Source: an uncultured Bacteroidota bacterium (GTDB lineage: Bacteria > Bacteroidota > Ignavibacteria > Kryptoniales > JAKASW01). Taken from it: a stretch of DNA of 64,000 nucleotides. Numbering within the stretch: position 1 is the first letter of the stretch; the number at the start of each line of letters is the position of its first letter. This document shows positions 10,360 to 19,394 of this stretch, piece by piece. The notes below the pieces were generated by a model. That model was not told the DNA's origin, did no database searches, and saw only the letters and a program-made list of their open reading frames with translations. Made by a program: the position numbers and the translations under genes. Location: NCBI GenBank assembly GCA_963790995.1, contig CAWBQQ010000002.1:94547-158546 (forward strand), given 5' to 3'.

Positions 10360-11622
10360 TTACGAAGGGTCCACAACCTGTTCCACCTTACGTGCAGTGC
10401 CTGCCACCAAATCCGATTCGCGCAGCCTCGACGCCATAAAAAGGCCCACCAGAACCAGCCCGGTCATAACCAGGAGCGAAGGCGTCATCGAACCTTTCGG
10501 ACCGACTCTGAATGCGTCCATGCCGAATATAAATGCAATGCCGGAAATCTGTCCCATGAGAAGGAGCATGCCGTTTGAAGTTCCCTCGGGTGCAGGTCTG
10601 CCGATCTCCGCCCCATATTGGAAGCCAATGGGTCCGCAGCTTAAGAGGAAGAATCCCAGCGCGAAGCACGCCGCGTACAAAAGACCGCTTGTGGCGGCGT
10701 ACGTAATTGCGAGCAGCCCGGGAATTGTGCCCGCAAGACTGATAACGATAAAAGGAACCCTCTTGCGGTACTTGTCCGACAAAGTCGGAAGTATTACGGC
10801 GCCGACAATTCCGCCGAGTATCATCAAACCTCCTGCCGTGCCGGCCTGCGTCGCGGTGAAGCCGCGGGGACTGATGATGTCTTCGATCCATGTCGTCACG
10901 CTGTTGAAAACACCGAGTCCGATGAAGAAGATCGACATTAGAAAGATGAAATTCCTATTATGGAGAAGCTGTTTCATCCCGTCGAACATCAGGGCACGCT
11001 CTTCCAATTCGGCAGCTCCCGGGGGCGTTGCCGGATGTTCCCGGGCGAATACAATGAATATGATTCCCGCGGCGAGTGCACCGATGCCGTAATACAACAG
11101 CATGTTGTCGAATCCGGCAGAGATCACCAGGGCAGGCGTTACAGCCAGACCAGCGAGTATGCCGAGGTACATTGCCAGTGAGCCGAGACCGGATGCCGTG
11201 GCACGCTCTTCGATCGGGAACCAGCGCGCCGCAACTTTGGTCAAGGCGTTCAGGATAAACGGCTGCCCGACGGCCGTGCCTATTTGGGCGACCATGACAA
11301 GAGTAAAGTTCGATGCTACCATGCCGCGCATTAGGCCGAACGCGCCTGTCAGCCCTGCGCCTATCCCGACGGCGACACGGAAACCGTACGTGTCTATCAC
11401 CCATGATGCGGGGATCGACACGACCAAATACGCAATCATGAAGCTCATCGACAGGAGACCGATGTCCAACTGCGAAACGTGGTAGTATGCGGCGGCGGAC
11501 TCGGTCACCGGTGCAAACGTAATCCAGACAAGCTGATTAAATGCCGCAACCAGCATGAAAACCACGAGTATAAGCCACCTGTACCCGTAAATCTTGTAAG
11601 CAGATTTTTCCATGTAATTCAT
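10360..11622 (-). CDS. MFS transporter
   Basis: This is a 420-aa ORF with about 12 predicted hydrophobic segments, and its composition is typical of the major facilitator superfamily. The substrate is unknown. Confidence 0.7.
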   Translation of the reverse strand: MNYMEKSAYKIYGYRWLILVVFMLVAAFNQLVWITFAPVTESAAAYYHVSQLDIGLLSMSFMIAYLVVSIPASWVIDTYGFRVAVGIGAGLTGAFGLMRGMVASNFTLVMVAQIGTAVGQPFILNALTKVAARWFPIEERATASGLGSLAMYLGILAGLAVTPALVISAGFDNMLLYYGIGALAAGIIFIVFAREHPATPPGAAELEERALMFDGMKQLLHNRNFIFLMSIFFIGLGVFNSVTTWIEDIISPRGFTATQAGTAGGLMILGGIVGAVILPTLSDKYRKRVPFIVISLAGTIPGLLAITYAATSGLLYAACFALGFFLLSCGPIGFQYGAEIGRPAPEGTSNGMLLLMGQISGIAFIFGMDAFRVGPKGSMTPSLLVMTGLVLVGLFMASRLRESDLVAGTARKVEQVVDPS

Positions 11623-11972
11623 ATCTCCTTAAATATTTATGCAGAGTTGATAACCAACTACCAGCGCGTTATTCGGGCCGCAAAGACTTCCATAACTGGC
11701 AGCCAAGCTTCATAGCAAAGACTCAGTACTTTTCAAACTCGAATCAGAATTTGTGGCGATATTAGGAAGTCCGTTTTCTTCAACCGAACTTACAGATATT
11801 GCGTTGATTTTAGTCAGTCTGTGGGTGATTTCCAAACGATTTCCATTGATACGACGCATTGCGGGGTGAGAATTATTCAGACAAAAGCTTCTTTCATATT
11901 GCCTGCCACTTTTACAATTTCTTTGACGCACCCGATTTTAGCAGTCGGATCCCGAGGCTAACTTGCATAAAC

Positions 11973-13649
11973 TTATTTTGTCTCCTCTGCGAGGAATTCA
12001 AATTCACCTTTTATCTCTTTGTTTGCTTCCTGAGCGCGAAGCTGTACTCTCCTGATCTTGCCGGAAATTGTTTTAGGCAAGTCGGTGACAAACTCAATTC
12101 TTCGAAGCCGCTTGAACGGCGCCACCCTTGCCCTGACGAAATCCAGAACTTGCTTTGCCGTCTCACTCGATGGCTCGAAGCCCGGCGCTAGCGTTACATA
12201 CGCCTTCGGGATGTATCCACGGATGGGATCGGGCGCAGGGATGACCGCCGCTTCGGCAACGGCCGGCGATTCAATCAGTACACTTTCAATCTCAAAAGGG
12301 CTGATGCGATAGTCCGAGCTCTTGAACAAATCGTCTGCTCTGCCCACAAACCAGAAGTACCCTTCCTGGTCGCACGTCGCGACGTCGCCGGTTCTGTAAT
12401 AACCTCCGGACATCACCGTTCTCGTTCTCGCTATGTCGTCGGCGTAATTGATCATCAACCCCATCGGACGCGAATCCAGTTTCATCACGATCTCTCCTTC
12501 ATCCGATTCAACACCGTCGGCATCGAGCAGCTCGATTCGATATCCTGGAGCAGGCCTTCCCATGGCGCCGATCTTTACGATCGAGCCCGGCATGTTCCCG
12601 ATTTGAAGAGTCGATTCCGTCTGACCGTAGCCGTCCCTTATCGTGATTCCCCAATCGGTTCTCACCTTCATGATAACTTCGGGGTTCAGCGGCTCACCTG
12701 CGCTAACAAGCTCGCGAAGCGATTCCGGTTTCTGCTTGAGATCTTCGAGAACCAGCATCCTCCACACGGTGGGAGGAGCGCAGAGCGTATTCACATTGTA
12801 ATTCTGCAGTATCTCAAGAAAGCTTTTCGGAGCGAACCTCTCATATTTATACACAAAGACCCCGGCGCCCGCATTCCATGGTGCGAAGAATGAGCTCCAG
12901 GCATGTTTTGCCCAGCCGGGCGAGCTGATATTCATATGAAGGTCTCCCTCGCACGCGCCTAGCCAGTACATTGTCGAAAGATGTCCTATCGGGTAAGAGC
13001 CGTTCGTATGTAGAGCCATCTTAGGTTGAGCCGTGGTGCCGGAAGTGAAATACAAGAAGAGCGTATCGGTGACTTTTGTCTGCACTTCAGGCTTATAAGT
13101 TACAAGCGCATTGTATGCGTCTGCGTAGGAAATCCAGTCGTCAACTTTGGGTCCGACGACAACCTTCACGAATTTGCCCTCGATTCCGTCGAACTTTGCG
13201 ACATTGTCCGGCGTCGCGATCGCTAATTTTACTCTTCCCCTTCGCATTCTATCCTGGATGTCGTTTTTCGTCAGAAGAAAGGATGACGGTATCAAAACCG
13301 CGCCCAGCTTTATCGCGGCAAGCATGACTTCCCATATCTCCGGCTGGTTATCGAGCATCAGCAATATCCTGCTTCCCCTGTTTACGCCGAGGCGCTTCAA
13401 GAAGTTGGCGACCCTGCTCGATCTCTCCGACATTTCCGCGAACGAATACTTCCATTCTGACCCTTTTTCATCCACTATCCAGAGCGCCGTATTATTATTG
13501 CCTTCTGCATAGTTATCAAAATAGTCAGTCGCCCAATTGAAGTCTTCTATGTCCGGCCATTTGAACCCGTAGTATGCCGATTCATAGTCGTCGCGGCGGG
13601 TTTGCAGGAATTCACGTGCCTTGAGAAATTTGTCAAGTTCAACTGTCAT
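11973..13649 (-). CDS. AMP-forming acyl-CoA synthetase (medium-chain/acetyl-CoA synthetase-like)
   Basis: This is a 558-aa ORF. The motifs FLYFTSGTTAQPK (AMP-binding motif I), GYGQTE, YRTGD and ISGKIRR are adenylate-forming enzyme motifs. Confidence 0.85.
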   Translation of the reverse strand: MTVELDKFLKAREFLQTRRDDYESAYYGFKWPDIEDFNWATDYFDNYAEGNNNTALWIVDEKGSEWKYSFAEMSERSSRVANFLKRLGVNRGSRILLMLDNQPEIWEVMLAAIKLGAVLIPSSFLLTKNDIQDRMRRGRVKLAIATPDNVAKFDGIEGKFVKVVVGPKVDDWISYADAYNALVTYKPEVQTKVTDTLFLYFTSGTTAQPKMALHTNGSYPIGHLSTMYWLGACEGDLHMNISSPGWAKHAWSSFFAPWNAGAGVFVYKYERFAPKSFLEILQNYNVNTLCAPPTVWRMLVLEDLKQKPESLRELVSAGEPLNPEVIMKVRTDWGITIRDGYGQTESTLQIGNMPGSIVKIGAMGRPAPGYRIELLDADGVESDEGEIVMKLDSRPMGLMINYADDIARTRTVMSGGYYRTGDVATCDQEGYFWFVGRADDLFKSSDYRISPFEIESVLIESPAVAEAAVIPAPDPIRGYIPKAYVTLAPGFEPSSETAKQVLDFVRARVAPFKRLRRIEFVTDLPKTISGKIRRVQLRAQEANKEIKGEFEFLAEETK

Positions 13650-13883
13650 TGCTGGATCTCCTCAGATGTAATTATTTTATGGACGTCAATAACTAACTGC
13701 GTTCAATTATCTGATCGCAAAGCAACGGATAAAATTTATCCACTCCCATCCGTCAAATCAAGCTTATTATATTCTTCGCAGGGTCAACATTCACGCAAGT
13801 CACTATTAATTAATGATTTCATAATTTGTATGAGACTCCTTCCGGTCGTTAATTATCCTCAACTAATATTAATGGAGTCTTTC

Positions 13884-14873
13884 ATGAAAAAAATTATATA
13901 CATTTCTCTAATTGCGGTCTTATCGTTCGGATTCCTTACCGGACGAACAAAGAAGACTTCGAGTCCAGATCCCGCAACTCTTCCGAAGTATGATCATATA
14001 GTCATCGTTATCGAAGAGAATAAAGACTATTCCGAGGTGGTCGGGAGCGAGGCTGCTCCTTACATCAACAGCGTTCTTGTAAAAGAAGGGGCAGACCTGA
14101 CACAAATGTTTGCCGAAGAACATAGCAGCGAAGGCAACTACTTCTGGCTTTTTTCCGGCAGCGATCAAAACGTCGGATATCATGACGGCATACCGGATCC
14201 GGATAATAATAAAGGCTATCCGTTCAGGTCGCCCAACCTGGGTCAGCAGCTGATCGATGCCGGTTACACGTTTAGAGGCTATTCCGAAAGCCTGCCGGCG
14301 ATAGGAGACACTGTTTCGAAAGCCGGAATGTATGCCCGGAAGCATGTACCATGGATCAGTTTCGGAAACCTTCCCGCCGGAAGCACGGAAGAGAGTTCCA
14401 GCAATTTGCAGTTTGAGCAGTTTCCTGCAGACTTTAATAAGCTGCCGACGGTCAGCATTGTGATTCCCAATTTAATCGACGATATGCACAGCGGCGAAAG
14501 AGCATCAAGGGTGAAGAACGGCGACACCTGGCTGAAAGAAAATCTTGACAAATACTATCAATGGGCAAAGACGCATAACAGCCTTTTAATTATAACGTTC
14601 GACGAGAGCGATAATAAGATACACTATTCCGGGTTGACCGATCCATCGAGCGAACAGCCTGAAATTAAAAACATAATACCGACGATAATTGCAGGAGCGC
14701 ATGTTAAACACGGCGAATATCCTGAAGGTATCGGGGTTACACATGTAAACCTTCTTCGTACAATAGAGGCGATTTACGGCCTGCCGAAAGCCGGCGGTCA
14801 ACAGATGAATGCTCTTAAGTACGGAATTCAGGATGATTATATCATCACCGATATCTTTGCTGAAAAGAATTAA
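13884..14873 (+). CDS. Secreted phosphoesterase-family protein (acid phosphatase/phospholipase C-like)
   Basis: The signal-peptide-like N-terminus MKKIIYISLIAVLSFGF starts at the ATG at 13884. The sequences HIVIVIEENKDYSEVVG...APYINS and IPNLIDDMH resemble the phosphoesterase family. The ORF-track start at 13602 overlaps the upstream gene and is unlikely. Confidence 0.6.
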   Translation: MKKIIYISLIAVLSFGFLTGRTKKTSSPDPATLPKYDHIVIVIEENKDYSEVVGSEAAPYINSVLVKEGADLTQMFAEEHSSEGNYFWLFSGSDQNVGYHDGIPDPDNNKGYPFRSPNLGQQLIDAGYTFRGYSESLPAIGDTVSKAGMYARKHVPWISFGNLPAGSTEESSSNLQFEQFPADFNKLPTVSIVIPNLIDDMHSGERASRVKNGDTWLKENLDKYYQWAKTHNSLLIITFDESDNKIHYSGLTDPSSEQPEIKNIIPTIIAGAHVKHGEYPEGIGVTHVNLLRTIEAIYGLPKAGGQQMNALKYGIQDDYIITDIFAEKN

Positions 14874-15115
14874 TTCGCTCTTGAAATTCTGAGTTCTAAA
14901 TTCCGGTAGTTGCCGATTTTTGTTAGCCTTTACTGACGGATTTTCTTCATGATGTCTGCCGGCAGTTAAGCGAGATGAGATTCGTGATGTGCCGCCTGAA
15001 GTCAGTTGATTGGCGGCACACTCTTCGGTTGTGCCGCTCTATCTCCACTTTCCCTTTCGAGAATTTCTCGCCTCTAATTGCTGTTTGGAATAAATAAACC
15101 TAAGGAGTATTCCAC

Positions 15116-16046
15116 ATGAGCCTTGATCAGACATTCTTCGATCCCGGCCTAGACGCAAAAGTACACCGGAGAGCTGCACCGCGCAATTGAGAAGGACGGC
15201 TCGTTCAACGTCCGCAAAACCGGCGTTGGGCTGAAGGACTTCCATTTCTACCAGTTCCTGATAAATATCACATGGTTCCAATTCTTCCTCGTGATCCTGG
15301 CGGGTTACATCCTCGTCAACGCACTATTTGCATCCCTGTACCTCCTTGCAGGAGTCCAGAATATACAGGGCGCAGATACCGGCACACCTCTGTCGGCATT
15401 CCTGAGCACATTCTTTCTTAGCGTTCACACTTTCACCACCGTTGGCTACGGGACAATCGCACCGAAGGACTTCTGGACGAATGTTATCGCGGCTTTCGAG
15501 GCTCTGACAGGTCTCATGGGACTTGCGATCGCAACCGGTCTGCTCTACGGCAGGTTCTCCCGGCCCACGGCGAAGATTGTCTTCAGCGAACGTGCCATTA
15601 TCGCTCCGTATCGCGAAAAGACCAGTCTTCAATTCCGCATAGCTAACCGCCGCACCAATACGCTGATGGAGATAGAGGCGAAGGTGCTAATCATGACAGT
15701 GACCGGTACCGGAGATAACCATAGGCGTGAGTATCATGTACTGAACCTGGAGCGTTCATCGGTATATTTTCTTCCGCTGACATGGACAGTCGTCCACCCA
15801 ATCGATGAACAGAGCCCGTTCTTTGGAAAGACGCTCCACGATCTCTCTGATTTGCAGGCTGAAGTCCTGATCTTAATAAAGGCTTTCGACGATACCTTCG
15901 GACAGGTTGTCCACTCCAGGTATTCTTACAGGTTCGACGAGATTCACTGGGGGGCTAAGTTCGTACCCGCGTTCAGTGTTACGAAAGATGGTGATATGGC
16001 TCTTGAGCTTGACAAGTTGAACGAAGTAGAGGAGGCGAAGGTCTAA
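15116..16046 (+). CDS. Inward-rectifier-type K+ channel (KirBac-like); the 5' end is in a different frame (apparent frameshift at A4 run 15157-15160)
   Basis: The ORF 15291-16046 has the TTVGYG selectivity filter and a Kir cytoplasmic domain. The homologous N-terminus (IEKDGSFNVRKTGVGLKDFHFYQFLINITWFQFF) continues upstream in the same frame only to a TAG at about 15150. An ATG at 15116, with the SD AAGGAG at 15102-15107, opens MSLDQTFFDPGLDAK in the -1 register. Confidence 0.75.
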
Positions 16047-16054
16047 AGACGCGA

Positions 16055-18370
16055 TCAGCGAGTCATCGCGTGATCGTTGTAACGAACAAACAGATCCTGC
16101 CCGGCATCTGTCGCAGCTCTTTTCTTCTTCTTTGAACCCTTTCCCTTTGCAATCGTGCAGCCGGCAGCCAATTCCATAATCTTCTCATACGTGTACCCTA
16201 ACGGGTCGAGCAGTACCTCGATGGCTTTCACCGTCAGCTCGGTGTACTTCTCGACGTCGCAGCCGTCTTCGGTGCGATATAGAATGAACGGCTTTGCCTT
16301 CTCGGGATTCTTCTTTCCCGAAGCATCGATGATTATATATTCGGCTGTCTCGCCCGGCTTCAACGGTACGCCCGCTTCCTTCATTGTCTGTGCCACGACA
16401 GCTTGCATGCTCTTGTTCTCGTACTCGTCGGCTTCCTTCGAAATCGTATGCCGGACTACCAGCTCGAGAGGCGGAACCCTGCCGTTCTTCAACAAGTCGA
16501 GATGGTACCGGACTATATCCATGATTGCCGGAACGAAACTCTTCAGCTCCTCGATGCTCGATGCCTTCGACATCAGATCTATCACCTCTCCCTGAACTTT
16601 ACGAGTAAACAGCGGTATGTCGCCGCGTCTTACTTCAAGGCCGCGCACTTTGACTTCGCCATTTGTGTACGCGCCGATATACCTGTTCGCCGTCGGTATA
16701 TCGGGATTCATTCTTGAAGCGGGGAATAATATCCATTTATAGATTCCTTCGAACGACATACTGATGCCGGTCTCTCCGCTTATTTCTTCGCACAGCTCCT
16801 TGTAGTCTTCTTCTGTTGCTTCCGGTTTCTTCAGGAACAGGCAATCGACTATCCCGTGCATGATTGAAAAGCCCCTGCTCTCCGCTATCTTCTTGGCGTG
16901 AAGCAAATCCCGTCTCGCAAAGGCATTGACCGATTCGTGGGCTTCTATCTTTCCGAAGCGTGCATTTTTATATCCTAAGTAGCCGAAGGTGGTCACGAGC
17001 ATCCACTTCAGAGCGGTCTGCCGCCTGTGGTATTCTTTTTTGGTTGATTCATCAAGAGCGGATTTCTCCCTCTTTTTGTATTCCGCCCGCTTCCTCAGCA
17101 CGGCCCCGATTGTCTCGGGTATTATTCCTCTCCGCTTCTCGCATATCGTATAGTGGAGCTCCGGTACGGAGTCGTTCCGGCAGCAGCTGCAGTTCACGGT
17201 CTCCGGCGAAACGTTGTGTATGGACATTATGCTCGGAAACATGGATGCGAAATCGAGCTCTCCGATGTTTTCGTGGTACCCCATGATAGGCAGATAGATC
17301 AACCCGCCCCTGTCGGCAAGGAGCAATTCCCAGCTCGATTTGAATTTCTCCCATTCCTGCTTCTTCGCCGGGATCAGTATGTCGTGTTTGTACGCCCATG
17401 ATAGCTGCATCGACGATAACCCTGTTCCTATCGTTGCGCGTCCCTGGTCTTGCACCGGTATCTGCGTTATGCGGGAAAGTTCGAACAACCCGTCCAGATC
17501 CGATTCGCCCACGATAAATGAATTCTCCGCGTTGACATGCCATCTTCCGGCAAGCATGAACGCACCAGACCTGTGCACTATTTGTCCGTACGTCCAGTAG
17601 CTCGACTCGTTAGTTGTCCGGTACACTGCCGATTTGTCCCGGTTGAGCTCGATCGGGATTTTCGTCTTCCTCGAAATGTCCACCAGCCATGGCAGCAGCA
17701 CGTCGTCGCCGTAGTTGGTGATGATAATGTCGGGGTCGCTTCGCCTCAGGTGTTCGTTTATACTGCCGAGAAGCTCCTCTGCCGTATCTGCGATTATCTC
17801 GTAAGTCCTGCCGTCGTAAGCGGCTTCCAGGTTCAGGATACCCTGATATTTCGGCGCGACTTCGGAGTTCATCGGGCGCAGTGTCATTACACTAATGGGC
17901 GGGAGCGTGTAATCGATAGCGTCGGATGTGTCATGCAGCTCCACCGACGTCAATTCATCACCATCAAAAGAATACTCTCCGAACGCGAGCGGGAAGAGCT
18001 TCTTTTCATATATGAACATCTGAACCGGAGTAAGATCGGAATTGAAGAAGACATTATAAGAGAACTCCGACTCGAACCGGCGGACAATATTCTTGAAATG
18101 CAGCGTGTCCGGTACCATGATCTCCAGAACGGGTATTTGCCTGCCGGAATAGATTTCGGTTTTGTAAACCCGGTCTTTGGATACGAGACAATGAAAGCTT
18201 GCTGCGGCCTTTTCCGCCCTGTTTCTCTCTTCCCTGCCGACGTGCATATAGAATTTAGGAGTGAATCGTGCGTACCCCTTTATCTTCTTCCCGCATTCGT
18301 CGATCAGCCAGAGTGTAATCCCCTTGTCCGAGACATAGAGGTCAAACAGCCAGGCTTTTACGGTGAGCAT
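16055..18370 (-). CDS. polB: Family B DNA polymerase, archaeal-PolB-like, with degenerate 3'-5' exonuclease motifs
   Basis: This is a 771-aa ORF collinear with archaeal PolB. Polymerase motifs: motif A is LDFASMFPSIM, motif B is KWMLVTTFGYLGY, motif C is HGIVDC (canonical YxDTDS), and KxY/RGLEVRRGD is present. Exo I (FDIE replaced by MTLRP), Exo II (NYGDDVLLPWL, the FD Asp lost) and Exo III (YxxxD not recognisable) appear lost. Confidence 0.85.
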   Translation of the reverse strand: MLTVKAWLFDLYVSDKGITLWLIDECGKKIKGYARFTPKFYMHVGREERNRAEKAAASFHCLVSKDRVYKTEIYSGRQIPVLEIMVPDTLHFKNIVRRFESEFSYNVFFNSDLTPVQMFIYEKKLFPLAFGEYSFDGDELTSVELHDTSDAIDYTLPPISVMTLRPMNSEVAPKYQGILNLEAAYDGRTYEIIADTAEELLGSINEHLRRSDPDIIITNYGDDVLLPWLVDISRKTKIPIELNRDKSAVYRTTNESSYWTYGQIVHRSGAFMLAGRWHVNAENSFIVGESDLDGLFELSRITQIPVQDQGRATIGTGLSSMQLSWAYKHDILIPAKKQEWEKFKSSWELLLADRGGLIYLPIMGYHENIGELDFASMFPSIMSIHNVSPETVNCSCCRNDSVPELHYTICEKRRGIIPETIGAVLRKRAEYKKREKSALDESTKKEYHRRQTALKWMLVTTFGYLGYKNARFGKIEAHESVNAFARRDLLHAKKIAESRGFSIMHGIVDCLFLKKPEATEEDYKELCEEISGETGISMSFEGIYKWILFPASRMNPDIPTANRYIGAYTNGEVKVRGLEVRRGDIPLFTRKVQGEVIDLMSKASSIEELKSFVPAIMDIVRYHLDLLKNGRVPPLELVVRHTISKEADEYENKSMQAVVAQTMKEAGVPLKPGETAEYIIIDASGKKNPEKAKPFILYRTEDGCDVEKYTELTVKAIEVLLDPLGYTYEKIMELAAGCTIAKGKGSKKKKRAATDAGQDLFVRYNDHAMTR

Positions 18371-18471
18371 TTTCCTTATCCGAAATATTAGAAAGGTGTT
18401 TGCGTCCCAGTTTCAATTACTCTTGTTTTCAGTAATTTCACCACCGAGGCACGGAGGCGTTTTGGGCAGCA

Positions 18472-18756
18472 TCATTCAGGTGAATTCGTTTGGACCACTC
18501 CCTTATTCTCAATCTCCTTCATCTCCCTCTGCAGCGCCGCAATCTTTTTATGCTCTTCCAAAAGCATAGACATCAGGATATTCTCGAATGGAAACGGGTT
18601 CATCGCATAAGCACACGCGGCAAGATGAATCTTGGGAGCCTGGAACAGTTCGTCGAACATTTCCTGGTCCTCTTTTCTCAATGCCTCTCTGAATTTTCTC
18701 CACCTCGATTCATATTCATCTGTGAGTTTTGTAAATGTCGGTGCAGTGCGTCCCAT
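18472..18756 (-). CDS. Hypothetical 94-aa protein in the lexA-polB operon
   Basis: The ORF sits 5 nt downstream of the preceding gene's stop. The product is charged and helical-looking (MGRTAPTFTKLTDEYESRWRKFREALRKEDQEMFDELF). I do not recognise a family. Confidence 0.5.
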   Translation of the reverse strand: MGRTAPTFTKLTDEYESRWRKFREALRKEDQEMFDELFQAPKIHLAACAYAMNPFPFENILMSMLLEEHKKIAALQREMKEIENKGVVQTNSPE

Positions 18757-18761
18757 GATAC

Positions 18762-19394
18762 TTACCTCTGAAGAAGCCTTCTGCGCTTGTTCCAGACGAC
18801 GTCGGGATAGAAATCGGAGCTGACTTCGTACACGTCGTCCGCCATCGCTTTCAGCCGCAGCTGGAAGGCTTGCCTTTCCCTCTGGCCCGGTATCAAATTC
18901 TCCGAAGCAATCAGGATCGAAACGCCTGTCTCCTTGAGTGCGCTGAACTTCTCGCTTATTCTTGCAAGACTCTTCTCCGCTTCTTTAACCGATATCTGGT
19001 CATCATAGAAGGTATGAAGCAGGCCGAGCACTATCAGGACTTTTGCCTTGGACTCGTTCAGGAACGGTTCTACTCCGCGCGTTATCACCCCGTCCGCCTG
19101 GAACGCCGTGAAGATTCTCGACACGAAAACCCTGTTCAAGGCTTCAATCGGATCCATGCCGCTCATCCTTGCGAGGCGTGCAAGCCCATAGGCATCGTAC
19201 CTGTTCGCGCCGTTGACAACGGCGACACTGGGAAGCTTCCGCAATATCTCTTTGATAATTACGAGCGTCGTGTAATAGACCATGGTAGAGCCGTAGAGCA
19301 AAGCCGTCTTCCCCGGTACAACTCTGCCTATAGTGTTCGATAGCTCGGTTGTCACGGTACGGTTATCAAGATGTATTTCGGCGGCGGTATTCAT
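18762..19394 (-). CDS. RecA-fold-like protein with an atypical P-loop region (ImuA/RadB-like by architecture only)
   Basis: I place the start at the ATG at 19394 (MNTAAEIHL). It overlaps the DUF72 stop as TAATG. The ORF-track start at 19586 would overlap DUF72 by 190 nt. The segment IGRVVPGKTALLYGSTMVYYTT resembles the G..G.(i/l)t.i.G....GKT segment of RecA/KaiC-like proteins, with the second GKT replaced. Confidence 0.45.
   Translation of the reverse strand: MNTAAEIHLDNRTVTTELSNTIGRVVPGKTALLYGSTMVYYTTLVIIKEILRKLPSVAVVNGANRYDAYGLARLARMSGMDPIEALNRVFVSRIFTAFQADGVITRGVEPFLNESKAKVLIVLGLLHTFYDDQISVKEAEKSLARISEKFSALKETGVSILIASENLIPGQRERQAFQLRLKAMADDVYEVSSDFYPDVVWNKRRRLLQR

Noticed and set aside
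15128-15140. An 11-nt match (CAGACATTCTT) to the REP-like unit occurs inside the 5' end of the Kir gene.
   Set aside because: There is no complementary 3' stem and no conserved TTCGA flank. It is an isolated short match, most likely coincidental.
15039-15281. An 80-aa minus-strand ORF lies upstream of the Kir channel.
   Set aside because: It overlaps the region that encodes the homologous Kir N-terminus and its SD/ATG on the plus strand, and it has no independent support.
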